Shown: one piece after another, positions 26,467-39,011 of the stretch
Layout: each line of letters opens with the position of its first letter
How positions within the stretch are numbered: position 1 is the first letter of the stretch
DNA from: Azolla caroliniana
Taxonomy: Eukaryota > Plantae > Polypodiophyta
NCBI GenBank assembly: GCA_043228905.1
Contig: JBHGNT010000008.1
Coordinates: 4,712,001 to 4,776,000, forward strand
Reading direction: 5' to 3'
DNA: 64,000 bases
The notes under the pieces: model-generated
Seen by the model: the letters and a program-made list of their open reading frames with translations, nothing else
Told to the model about the DNA's origin: nothing
Database searches by the model: none
Translations under genes and position numbers: made by a program

Positions 26467-26500
<34 letters not shown>

Positions 26501-27932
26501 GTGCAAATTGAACTTGCTCTCCACTTTTTTGCTCATGCCTCACATCTTTAATGACGACATATCAAAACTTGGTAGCAACATATGTATCTAATTGAATTCA
26601 AAACCTTATTCTTGCAATCTTATACAAAACAATGACCATGTAAGTGATTGAACTTCAAATTACATATTCCTATGTGAAATGCTTTGTTCACTTTACCTCC
26701 CCATGTGACATCTCAATAATATTATACAACTATTCTATTGGACTAAAAATCTCTACACCTAAAGACTCCAGGTTGACACGATAGAATTTATGGTACTTGA
26801 TGGATAACAGTTGGACAAATAAAAAAGCTAACTTTGATTTTCAAGAGTGTGTTAAGAAATCTTGGAATTCATCCTTGCCTCAAAGGGTGCCAAGTGTACG
26901 GTTTGTAGAGATTCACATGATACTTACTAGAAATTAGGAAGATACGGTTTCTCTCAAGTAATTATGCAAATAATTATCCCCAACTTTTCATTAATATGGG
27001 AGATTGGAGTAGAAAAGTAAATTTCAAAAAGATTGCACAACAAACTCGTTGAAAAAGGAATAGATAGGGGGAAGAAGAAGAATATATATAATAACATCAT
27101 AAACAGAATAAACGGAATAAGGTAATAGGATATATTGATTACAAAATGATTCTTTCCCATATAACACCAAACATCCTAAAGAAGGGACAAATCTAGCTAG
27201 GTTGGGCTAGATATGTTGGAATACAAAAAGATTGAGGAAAGAAAACTTATAAAAAGGAATAGATAATGAGAGGTGATGATTATACGTGTGTGTGTGACGT
27301 GGAAAAATAAGATGGTAAGTGTAGTAGACATGACTTTTTTGAAATTTTTTAGAAATATTGTTCTTATGTGAACAATATAAGGTAGGTGTTCACGCTTGAG
27401 GTGCAAATTTCAAAAAGGTTGCTCTCATGTGAACAATATATAACTCATTAGGGAAGACCTTGGGTTCAAACAACATAATATGAGTTTCATAAGGATTGGA
27501 CAACAAAATTCTACAATGTAGCAAAACTAATACGCGCGCGTGTGTAAGCTAAAGGGAACCACTATGGACCTAGAATTGTGGGTCCACTTGATACGTGTTA
27601 GAGCACTTAGAATTTCCCCTGTATGAAGTATGTAAGTAATAGTCCTTTGAGAATGTTAATTTGAATGGACACTAGCTTATCACTTTTTCATTTATGCATA
27701 TCCATATATCCATATATAGGCCTAGTGTTTGTGTGTTAATGTCAGTTTAGTACCGTAAGTTAGTGACTATGTAGTGTGAAGTGTATGTAAAAGTGTACGT
27801 ACATTTGTTTTTTTATTTGAAGACTTGTACAAGTGTATATAACAAGCTAGCGTATATATGTTTGAGCATGTCTTAGTGTAATATGTACTTGCATGAGTGT
27901 GTATGTATATGCGTGTGTATGTATGGGTGTGT

Positions 27933-28567
27933 TGTTAAATAATGATCAACCCCAAGTTGTCAGTTTATCCCTACATGTATTCTTAGAGTACACATTTTGT
28001 GATAGCACCCCAAATGAGGGGTAGCCATTAAGCAATCTGACCATATGGGTCGATGAGGTGTCAATGTAGGAAGCCAGAGATGAGTAAGACACAATGTATA
28101 TAGGAAAGAGGGAAGTAAGGTAATGGGAGTTTGACTAGAAGAATATTCTTTATTAGCAAGCTAAAATGTACTTAATCTTGAAGTATGTGCCATTGTCTTT
28201 AAGATAAGTACTATCTAGCACTAACTTGTATCTAGGGAATTGGGTCATATTAAATGACAAGTTACGTAACAGAAAATGATATCCCTACTACTATCAATTG
28301 ACTTGCACATTTTATGTGATAATGAGACCAAATAAAGAATATAAATATGCACTTGTTTTCTCTTATACAATTGTTGTGACTATTATCTATATCCACTAAC
28401 TTTGTAGTCAACTAGTCCAGATCCCATCAAAGCTCTAAGGTGTAAGCACATGGGAAGACTACCATTGTGAGATACTCTCATATGTAATAAAAAGTTTGTT
28501 TTCACACATACATATTTGTGAGTGTAACTCTATATGTCTATCTCATTGATTCTCAACATTTCTAACA
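27933..28567. mobile_element. Solo LTR
   Basis: TGTTA...TAACA, 5-bp TSD TGTGT/TGTGT, internal TATAAATA at about 28340. Confidence 0.7.
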
Positions 28568-31500
28568 TGTGTCAGTTTAATATTTGTTAAATGAGGAATG
28601 GTATACTCTAGATAATGGATTTATATGTGTAAATTTCAATTTAGGTTAGATATTGGAGGATATTAATGGGAATGTAAAGCCCTCCCCCTATTTTTCTTTC
28701 GAGATTTGTAGTGGCAACTGCTACATTGTGTGAGAGAGTAGTCGACAAGTTGCCGTTTCTTTGTTGGTGAGTAGAAAAGAGGTGCCTGACACCTCTTCTT
28801 TGCATGCCTCTCGTTTTGCTTGTATGCAACTTTCCCTTGCGTGTAGGTCTTCATGTAACCCCTTTACCTATCCTATCATATAAAAGCCTTTGTGTAATGC
28901 AATCCCCTAAAGAGTTGGGAAGGTTCAACAAAGGACGACTCCACTCAATGGAGATTGATGGCTCACATCATCGAGGGTCATTGACTAAATTGGAAAAGCA
29001 GAGAAGTCGAGCAAACAAATTGTTTATATTGTGGTGGTCCAAAGCACACAATAACAATTTTTTCTTATTGACCCAAATGTAAAGTTAAAGCAGGTGTTAT
29101 TGGTAAACTTGATCTTAATTCTCCAATTACATCTAACAATCCTAGTCCTTACACCATCCATTAGGTTTGAAGTCCTTAGCCAATTTGATTAAGTGTTAAA
29201 TGAGTAATTTACACCAAAACTAGGAGCCATTTGGTTGAGTAGCCCATAATTTGTAGGGTAGGTCTAGAGTAATGGTTCCATCTCATTGAATTGGGTTAGT
29301 AGGGTTTTTGCAACATAAATTAAACTTGGCAATTCTAGCTGTCATCAAATCCTCACCTTTGCCCTCATATATTCCAAAGCCAACTTTTACTTTATGAAAG
29401 AATAATTTTAATTGATATAGAAAATCCTCTTGAAAAAGGTGCATAGTCCAACATCTATCATAATTATAGATGGTCGCCCCATTATCTCTAGAGATGTAAC
29501 TAAAGAGTATGAGTCAATTTGTGTACTTCTTGTTGATCTAGCTTGTATGATTGCATTGAACATAATATATTGTTATGTCCCAAAAATATTAATAGATTTA
29601 ATACAAACACATATCACACGATGGAGACAAAAGAAGGGACAAAAATCTCTATTATTATGTACCAAGTGTACCAAGCTTTGGGACAAAACCAAAAGACTCC
29701 CAAACATTGGGACAAAATCAAAGTGTGAGTTGGGACACGTTGGGATGAGCTCGAACAAATTTATAACCTACCAAGGGGTCTATGAGGCCAAGCCCCCCTT
29801 TGGCTCGCGACTGCGTTAACCAACGCCATGACACTCTGGCAGCAGCCATTGGGTTGTCCTTACCGAACCATATAAATCCCCTGATGGCAGACTTAATCGC
29901 ATGCAAACCTGCCGGGTCCATAATCCAACATGAGACCGAGTGCCACATGGTGGCGAGCATCACTTGGTTTGCAATAAGGACCCTCCCAACGAAGGATAAT
30001 TTAGATCTACTCCATTGGTTCAGCTTCTTGCTTATTTTGGCTTGCACATGGGACAGTTGCGCTCCCTTGGGAATTGCCCTCCCCATAGTAAATCCTAGAT
30101 ACTTGAACGTCGTCTCGTTAGGGACCCATGTAAAATCGGCATGGGGATGCCACATTGGTTTCTCTTGTTCGCTGAACCAAAGGCCTTGGGTTTTATCCCA
30201 ATTGACCTTGGCACCAGCAGCTTGACAAAAGTCCTCGACTAGATGTTCAGCCTGCTGCAAATTCTCCTCATCACCTTGCAGGCAGAGGCAATCCCCTCAA
30301 TCCGTTGCTTGGGGCTTGTAAGTAGGCAGAGAACGCCTCGGTTACGAATAGATAAAGATATGGGGCTAGGGGACAGCCTTGCCTCACTAAGCGTTGTAGT
30401 TTGAAGGAAGGGCCCCTAGCACCCGCGATCAGCACACTACTGGTAGCAGTCCGGTAGAGGGCAGAAGTGCATTTCCTCCATTTTTGGGGTAGGCCCATAG
30501 CTCTCATCACGTTTTCCAAGAAGGGCCAAAGGACCCTATCGTATGCCTTCTCGAAGTCAAGCATCAGAATAGCTGAGCTTGAGACGGACTGATCAGCCAA
30601 TGCCATGGCTTCCCAAAGAAGCAACACATTATCAAAGATACACCTGCTCCTAATAAACCCTGTTTGATTCTCATGTATAATGTCCGGTAAGAAGCTTGCT
30701 AATCGTCGCGCGAGGACTTTTGCTAACCTTAACACAGAGCCGTGCATTGCTGGCCAAATTGGTGGTTCGTTGCCTTCTCCCAGGTAAGGGGTGTTGGAAG
30801 GTACTACTTCACAATAGGTTGCAAGCAGGGACTCCCAAGTATGGTAGGCCTTGGGCTATCTCCTTGAACTGGTGTTGCACGAGTGGAGTCCCACCCAAGA
30901 TGGCTTGTCAACAGGAGGACAGGGTAACAAACTCCATCTTGCGGGCGTGGTGTCATGTGCGACAACATTTGGTCAAGCACACCCCAGAGACACTCATCGA
31001 ATGGGCTAGACAACCTTTATTTTGGAATCCTCAGGTGCGAACAAGCGATGAAATGATGTTAGGGCAACTTAAGGGCCTGGCATGGGCAAAGTTGGTGCAG
31101 ACAGAGCTTCACTCTATAGACGATTGGAGACGCATGGTTTCTCCAAGGGGATCCCAGGAGGACCCATTCCCTCCCCTCAAGGGAGCTATGAAGATGCGGA
31201 GCCTGATAGCTGAGGCAGTTGATAGGGTTCCGTTGGGGAATGTGCGAGAAGATGCATGGTTCGGTCTCTTTGATGAGGCTGGAATGGTTAAGTTGGTGAA
31301 GGGTGTGAGTTGATTGGGAAGAGATACATTTTTTGGGGAGAGGCAAAGTAGGGGCACTTGGCTTCTGGTTCGAATGGTGGCGGAGGTTGATAACATTTGG
31401 AAGACAGACCCAGATGTTACTAAGGTGGAACCCCATTGGAAGTTATGGGTATATGGTTCTCGTCCCCTCATTGAACTAGAATGGGACCCAGGGGATTTCA

Positions 31501-32642
31501 GGTGGAAACATGGTGACAAACTCTGCCACTTCTTTGAATATAGCACTAAATTGGGGCATACTTTACAACTGCAACTCGATGGTCCCATTCGTAATGGATG
31601 GTGAACATTGGGCATCCCTAACGAGATGCTCATTACCTTTTGGAAGGGTCTCTGGTGTCTCCACATGCCTGAAAAAATCAAGCTCTTTTGGTGGCAGATT
31701 GGTCACAATGTGATTCCTGTTGGGGAATGGCTTGGTAAAAGGGGTGGCCCGATAGGTTGCCCACTTTGCTCTTCACCCATTGAGTCTCTGAGACACTGTC
31801 TTTGGGATTGCCCTCAAGCTCAAAAGGTATGGGACAGAGTCACTCGCCTCCTTGTGGCATGTGAAGTGGTTGGAACAGCCTCGTGGAGTGCTGCGGCATG
31901 GATTGACCACTCGACTGATAGGTGGATGGACGCCTTTAATGCAGATACTTGGTGCTATGTATGCACGGGAGGCCAAATTGGCAAGATCCGCTTCGAGAGA
32001 GACTTGCTGTCCACATCCCCTAGGTTCCTGGAAATTTGGAGGTTGATCGCGGGCTTCACCTTATGGTATGTCTGGAAAGAACAATGTCGTGAAGAAAACC
32101 GTTCCTAGGTGGAAACCGAGTTTAGCGTGGGTAAACCGGCCCTTACATGCGAGCACACTTTTCGTTGTATGGTAAGTAGGTAGGTACAAGTCGGCTGAGG
32201 TGAAATCCTAGGTAGCACGCATTCAATAAGGAGAGAATCGAGGTGTATCTCTGTTCGAAAGGACAAAGAATTAATGTGATGTAATAGATGATAACGGCCT
32301 CCTTCCTTGGGCTATAAAAGAGAGGGAGAGGAATGGAAAAGGTATCCATCTCGCTCTTGTGTGTGTGAGTGAACAGGCATTGGTGTTCGCCTTGCTGGCC
32401 TGTTAGTTGTAACCGTCTTGATATATATATATATTTATATACATACGTGTTCATATACTCGAACTTCTAGTCGTCTCGTTTTGCCGTGTTGTTGGACTGT
32501 GATTCCTGTGTGCTCCCGTGTCTACGCGTGTGCAAGTGCGTCCGTTGTCTTTCCGTTCTCCTCCTTCTCAGCTATTTCTCGGTCCAAGACCCCGGTGGTC
32601 CCACCTCGTTCTCCACGCACGCGCGTAACAATGCGACATATT

Positions 32643-32660
32643 TGGTGAACCCGACGTGAA
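32643..32660 (+). promoter_or_regulatory. Primer-binding site complementary to the tRNA-Trp 3' end
   Basis: TGGTGAACCCGACGTGAA is the reverse complement of the plant tRNA-Trp(CCA) 3' end TTCACGTCGGGTTCACCA (sequence recalled, not searched). Confidence 0.85.
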
Positions 32661-32683
32661 ACGGGCGGCAGAGGAATAGAAAG

Positions 32684-34810
32684 ATGAGGGGGTCGGATCT
32701 CACGGAAGCCATGGCTTCGGCTGTGGATCGGATAGTGAGTGCACGCGAAGGCGCAGGTGCCCTCGATAGGGCTATTGAAGTAGTCGTCGGCACGATAGGC
32801 CGGTTCGGTGGGAAGGACGCCATGACCTATTTGGAGGCCTACCGGGCCGAGATGGTAATGAGAGACATTCCGGAAGAAAGGCGACTGACCGGATTCCCTT
32901 GGGTGGCGATGCCGGGCATCCATGCGGAGGTGCTCGAGGTATGGGCTGAGAGCCGAACCTGGGAAGAGTTTGAAGGTCGGATCCTCGAAAAATACGGGCT
33001 TGATGACGCGCTTCGGCTCTCGAAATGGGATTTCATGGAATGGGTAGAGACCCCTGAAAAGGGGAGAAACATGTCGGTGCTCCTCCGGGAGTTTGAAGAA
33101 CGCTTTGCGCGTCTTTCAGCGCTCGACCGGACCGTACTAGACACAAGTCGCGTCCTGCTGTTCGTTAAGTCGGTGGATGCGAGGGACCAGGAGAAAGTGT
33201 GTCTCCTGTTGGAGACTAATGACGGGCTGACGACCGACTGGGCCGTGGTGAAGAGAGTCTGTGGCCGTTTCGACAAACGGCGAGAGTGGGTCGATAAAGG
33301 ATCAACAATGGCGGGCTCTGTAGTAGCAAGGAAACTCAAGCCAACCCCGCCGGCGCGAAGGGAAGAGACCCAAGATTGGCTTGAGACCGGATCGACTTCG
33401 ATCGGCATGGTCAAAGGCTCGTCCGGAGGAGCAGCTCTAGAGGAGCTGACTAGGATGGTAAAGGACCTCCGGATTGCACAGGCACGGAGGGACGACGGCG
33501 AACAGGTTCGTGACCGAAGGCCTCTGGCTGGAAACCGGTGTTTGTGGTGCTACGCGGTCGGCCATGTACGGAAGAACTGTGGGGACTTCGCCGAGGCAAT
33601 GAGAGCCAACGTGGTGTACCTATGGAACGGTCGGGTGCATGCTAGCGAGACCCGAAGGGCCCTGGACCTGAATGTCGGACGAGGGGGTATGAAACGGCTG
33701 ATGGAAGAAGCGGCGGCTTGCCACGTGGAGACCGTCCACTACTCAACGTCGACTGGGATCCGGGTCAGAGGTGGTGAGGCCCGGAAGATGAACGAAGCCA
33801 GATTCTGGCCGCTGATGCTGGAAGGCCTCGTCGGTGCACGACTAAGGAAAGAAGAAGCGGACCGCGCGGAAAAACGGGTCCGGGAGGTAACCGGGTGGAG
33901 TGACCCGGTCGAAGAGAAGACGGGCTTCATTGAAGACGCATGCCATAACTACGAGGCTCTGGTGGAAGACAAGCGAGTAGGTAAAACCGGAGGGGCCGGG
34001 CCCTCGCAACGGTACGAGACTCGATTCGGTCAAAGGCAGAATGAGGCCGGTGCGACCGGCGCACCGGATAAAGCCAAGAAGGCCGGGTACCGGTTGAGCA
34101 CGAAAATCAAAAGGACCATGGACCTACGAAAGGTCCTGGAGGAACGTATCCTCAACAGCAAAGTGGAGCTATCGCTGAGGGAAGTGCTCGGGATCGCCAA
34201 GAAGGAGTTCCACGACTCCATCGTAGACTTGGTGAAGAGGAAGAGGCTGTCGACAGAGCTAGAGCCGGAGAAGCCGGTGGAAGTGCGAACGACGCACATA
34301 GAGGAAATGGCGCTAGAAGACGAGTTGGCGGAGAGCCACTATTCGAGGCCGCACTGGGCCAAAGCGACCACGGAGACCCCTGTTAAGGTCCGGGATGTTC
34401 AGGAGCCGGTGGTGGCATTGGTGGACCACAGTTCAGAAATCAACTTGATGTCCATGGACTTCTACAAAAAGGGGAAATGGCTGATCAACACCAAACACGG
34501 CTGGAAAATACGGGCAACGACGCGCGCCACGGAAGAACTACATGGAGCCTGCCCGAACGTACGGGTGAAAATTGGCGATGTCGAGATCGACCAACACTTC
34601 TTCGTGCAGGAGACGTCCTCACATCCGGTTATACTAGGAGAACCATACATCACGGCGGCACGGATGGAGACCAAGGTGCTGGACAACGGTTCGGCCTATG
34701 CAAGAGTCAAGAGCCAGGACAGGCGTCACTCGGTCTAGTTCCTGACGGTGCGACCAAACCATGAGCGTAACCGCGAGACCCTCGGTGGCGAAACCCGAGG
34801 GGATTTTTAG
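32684..34810 (+). pseudogene. gag: Gypsy A ORF1: Gag, CCHC zinc knuckle and aspartic protease
   Basis: 684-aa ORF with CLWCYAVGHVRKNC and protease ALVDHSSEINLM..VILGEPY. Premature TAG at 34736; the natural stop at 34808-34810 is inferred from the copy ending at 49159. Confidence 0.9.
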
Positions 34811-34866
34811 AGAGGGCTATCAAGGCGTGGGGCCGCGATAGTCCGGACACCCCGGAAAAACCCCAC
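34801..34866 (+). promoter_or_regulatory. Putative -1 ribosomal frameshift signal (G_GAT_TTT plus pseudoknot)
   Basis: Heptamer 34801-34807, 6-nt spacer, stem1 GGGCTATC/GATAGTCC, stem2 GTGGGG/CCCCAC. The -1 frame is the pol frame. Conserved at 49150-49215. Confidence 0.75.
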
Positions 34867-36336
34867 AAATGTACAGTAGGGAAGAAGACCTGTACTATAG
34901 GTAGGAAATTTTGGTTCTCCGACAACGGGGGTTGTACAATTGTCGGCGTCGTTGGCCGGGAGAAGAAGAGGGCGGAGGAGCGACTTCGGGCATGTGGAGT
35001 CCTCGGTCCTGGAGAGGAAATCAACGGAGCCGTGGAGGCGGTCTCTTTCGACGACACCTTGGGAAAGTTATGAGAGGTGGTCGGAGGAGGCCTTAAAGAG
35101 GACCGGACGATTCTGGTATGTTCAGAAGGGATGTACGAAGTCATCGCCGACTTCTGTAACGGGCTCGAGTCGGATCGGACGGCCCGGGTGGACACAAAGT
35201 ACAAGACCGTGGACCGGAAGGTGAGGCCAGTAGCAACACCCTTGCCGGAGGGCAACGAGTTACAAGTAAAGGGGGGTGCGTCAGACCCGAGTTTGCGAGA
35301 TCCGGCCAACATAGGACACATGTTCACCGATATAACGCTACGAGAGCTCAAGATCGGTGGGGGTGGCTTTCTACTGCCGGTAGAAGAGGACCGGTTTCGG
35401 AGAATGCTCGGGAGGCACGGGAAGGCTTTCGCATTCTCACTGGAGGAGATCGGGTGCGTAGACCCGACAGTTGTGGAATTGATGGTGATCTTCACGGTAC
35501 CGCATGTGCCGTGGAACCTCAAACCGATTCCGGTACCCAGAGCTCACATCCCGAAGCTGATGGAGCTATTGAAATAGAAGGTCAAGATGGGCATCCTCGA
35601 ACCGTCGAGTGCCCCATACTCGAATCAATGGTTTACCGTGCCAAAGAAGAACGACATGTTACGTTTTATTCAAGACCTGCAACCGGTCAACAAGGTGACC
35701 ATTCGGAACGCAGGAATCAAACCGACCATAGATGAGTTTGTGGAGGCCTTCACCGGAAGGTTGATTTACTCTATCGCTGATCTGTACTCGGGGTACGACC
35801 AGTTCCAGCTAGTTGTGGAGAGCAGGGATATCACGACGATGCGAACTCCTCTTGGTCTAGTACGGATGTGTACCCTACCACAAGGCGGGACGAACTCGGT
35901 GGCGCATATGGTGAACGCAATGAACAAGGTGCTGAGGGACTGCATCCCAGACATCACCATGCAGTTCTTGGACGACATCCCGATAAAGGGGTGTCCGGTG
36001 GAAGATGCGGACGAGACTGTCGGGCCGGACAGATGCCGGAGGTTCATCGTAAACCACATCAACGACTGCGAGAAGGTGCTGCAGAGGCTCGAGAGCGCAC
36101 GACTCACCTTCTCCGGAGAAAAATCGGCGTTCGGGCAGTCAGAGATCTTGGTGGTCGGACACCTGTGCGGGCCTTACAGTAGGAAACCGTCTTCGGCAAA
36201 GGTAGAAGCCATCTCCGCGATGAAGGACGACTGCGGGTCGGTTACAGAGGTCCGCAGATTCTTGGGGGTGTGCGTGTTCTACCACATCTGGATTCTGCAC
36301 TACGCGCATGTTGCGGAGCCGCTCTACGGGCTATTG

Positions 36337-36987
36337 TGTTGGTAGACAGGTCCCTCCGGATGGAAAGGGAGAAGAACAGTGCCGACGGCCGAGGCCGAAA
36401 CGGTATGAACCGGATGGGGAGATCCCGACTGCGGATAGTCGGATGGTGTAGGCCTGACTGCGGGAAGCCGGATGAGGAGTACCCGACTGCGGAGAGTCGG
36501 ATGGTGTAGGCCCGACTGCGGAGAACTGGATGAAGCCCATCAAGGCTACATTTGTAAATAGCCGAAAAGTCATATTAGTATAAATATGACTTAGGGCAAA
36601 CTTTTAGTGATGATGTTGTTATTATTATTCTTTCTTGTTGGTGCAAGTAGAAATCAGAGCGCGTAACTGTACAGAGAGATAGAGAGAGAGAGAGAGAGAG
36701 ACGAGGTCGTTGCCTCTGCTGTAACCGCCGCCTGTGGCGAAGATCTGTGAGCACGAGGTCGTTGCCTCGGTGATCTCACTGTTGTATATTTCTGCATAGT
36801 GACAGTTTGCAGCTTGTGGGCTGCCGTGGTTTTTCCCCCTATTTTGGGGTTTTCCATGTATATCTCCTGTGCACCATTTCTCTCCTCTTTTTTTTTTGTG
36901 TCGCGTTTCATTACCTGTTTTTCTGTGTATGTAAATAATCTCGGTTGTGGCCGAGCGTCGGACATAAGGAACGTCGAGTTCCCAACA
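36337..36987 (+). mobile_element. Solo LTR inserted in gypsy A RT/RNaseH
   Basis: TGTTG...CCAACA with 5-bp TSD TATTG/TATTG; the host reading LYGLL|KKG is restored on removal. Contains four 29-bp repeats, a TATA box and (AG)n. Confidence 0.92.
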
Positions 36988-39011
36988 TATTGAAGAAAGG
37001 GCATAGGTTCGAGTGGAGGACAGAGCACACGGAGTCGGTCCGGAGCACAAGGAGGCGCTTACGGTAGCACTAGCTCTCCGTAAAGCAGCTTATGGCAAGG
37101 GCGTCCCCATCTACGTGACGGTGGACACGAGCCCAACCGGGATCGGGTGGGTGATCAACCAAGAGGACAACGTTGGCACGATGTTCCCCATCCGGTTCGG
37201 CGCGAAGGTCCTCAGTGAGCGACAGCGAGGATACGCCCAGATTAAACGCGAACTCTGGGGTATCGTTTTGGCGGTGAAGGCCGATAAAGACTACCTGATC
37301 GAGATAGAGGTAATAATCGAGACGGACTGCCTGCCGATTCTCGGCATGGTTTCCGGATGCACGACGCCGGACCTGGCAATCCTCTGGTGGATAGTGTACA
37401 TCAAGTCCCTGAATTTGGAGATACGACACATTTCCAGAAAAGACAATGCCATGGCCGACATGCTCTCAAGGGCGAGGTTCGAAAACGAGGACGGCATGGT
37501 TTCGGAGGATGAGGAAGTTGGCGTAGATTTCTTCGAGGCAGCATACCTGACGACTAGAAAGGGGAGCACTCTGGCGCTTAACGAATTTGATGAGAGCAAG
37601 TATGACGGGGAGTGGCTCCAGATCGGCGGGCTCCTGAAAACAATGACACCGGACGCGGCGTGGACAAAGGAAGAGACCAACTGGATCCGGAAGAAAGTGT
37701 ATCGATTCTTCCTTCGGGATGGGTACATATGGAAGCACCTGAAGAAGAGGGATGACATCCCACTCCGAGTGGTGGCGAAGAAGGAGGAACAGGAGGAGTT
37801 GCTGGAGGTCTACCACGAGAGTCCCTAGGCCGGACATCGCGGAACGTGGGCCACGTTCAAGAAGCTAAAGGGGAAGTACTGGTGGCCGGGACTGTACCGG
37901 GACGTGCATTGGTTTGTGACGACTTGCGAAAGCTGTCAGATGCACTCCATAGTCCGACACCGGGACGAGCTTCACTCGACCTACCCTCCGACCGTCCACT
38001 TCAAATGGATGGTGGATTTGGTGACGATGCCGATGGGGGTAGGACAGATGCGGTATCTGGTTTTGGCTCGGGAGGATCTGACGAACCAGGTTGAAGGCTG
38101 AGTGCTGCAGAACAAAACGACCACGATTGTGTGCCGGTTTCTGATCGAGGACATGATATGTCGGAATGGGAGCGTAGGAAAGATCGTGGCTGACCGCGGA
38201 GAGTTGGACGCGCAAGAGGCTAAAGAGCTGTTTGACCGACTAGGGGTCAAACTCTCACTCACCACAGCGTAAAATCCGGAGGCTAACGGGAAGGTGGAGC
38301 GCGGACACGGGCCGATCGTCAAAGCGCTAGTACGGGCATGTGAAGGCCAAGTCGGGAATTGGCCGCGACTGCTACCTTATGCCTTGTGGGCGAACCGAAC
38401 TACGCACAGTTCGGTAACCGGGTTCATGCCGACAGAGCTTATGTACGGACAGAGTCCGATCATGCCAACAGAGCAAACCATCTCCTCATGGGCCATGGTG
38501 GACTGGAGAGATGAGATGAGCCGGGAGGAGCTGCTAGCGGCACAGATTCGACAGCTCGAGCGAAGGCTGGAGGACGTGGAACGAGCCGCGGAGAAGCTTC
38601 GGTTGGCAAGGTTGAAGAACAAAGGGCGGTTTGACCGGACTCATCGACTGCGACCGAAGAAAATCGTGGAAGGCGACTGGGTCCTAGTGTATGACAACAG
38701 CCTCGACAACCAGCACAGGGCAACGCAGAAGTTTGCAAGGAGGTGGTTTGGGCCTTACGTGGTGACAGGCGCCAACGACAACGGGACCTACCATCTTGCG
38801 GAATTCGACGGTACGAGGATGGCAATACCGGTAGTGGGGAAGAGGGTCAAAGCGTTTAAGAAACGACACGAGTGTGAGCCGGATCTGGAAAGCATGGACG
38901 GCGACGACGGGCGGTCCGAGGCGGATGACGAGGAGTAAAGCATGGACCGGTTTTCTCCAGCAAAAGCACAATTTTGGCACATACCGGTGGATGCCCGGTT
39001 AGGTGGGGGCG

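Larger units (their letters stand above)
34801..38938 (+). pseudogene. pol: Gypsy A pol (RT-RNaseH-integrase) with several stops and a solo-LTR insertion
   Basis: RT: LRFIQDLQPVN, DLYSGYDQ, LPQGGTNS, FLDDI. RNaseH: VDTSPTGIG, RELWG, ETDC. Integrase: H..GH..CESCQ, ERGHGP, WFGPY. Confidence 0.93.

Noticed and set aside
34707-35522. Long antisense ORFs over gypsy pol/gag (also 32839-33414, 49104-49655, 51875-52603)
   Set aside because: These are shadow ORFs of GC-rich coding sequence, with no recognisable domain and endpoints that differ between copies.
36424-36538. 29-bp repeats as a CRISPR array
   Set aside because: The units are head-to-tail with no unique spacers, lie inside a eukaryotic LTR, and no cas genes are present.
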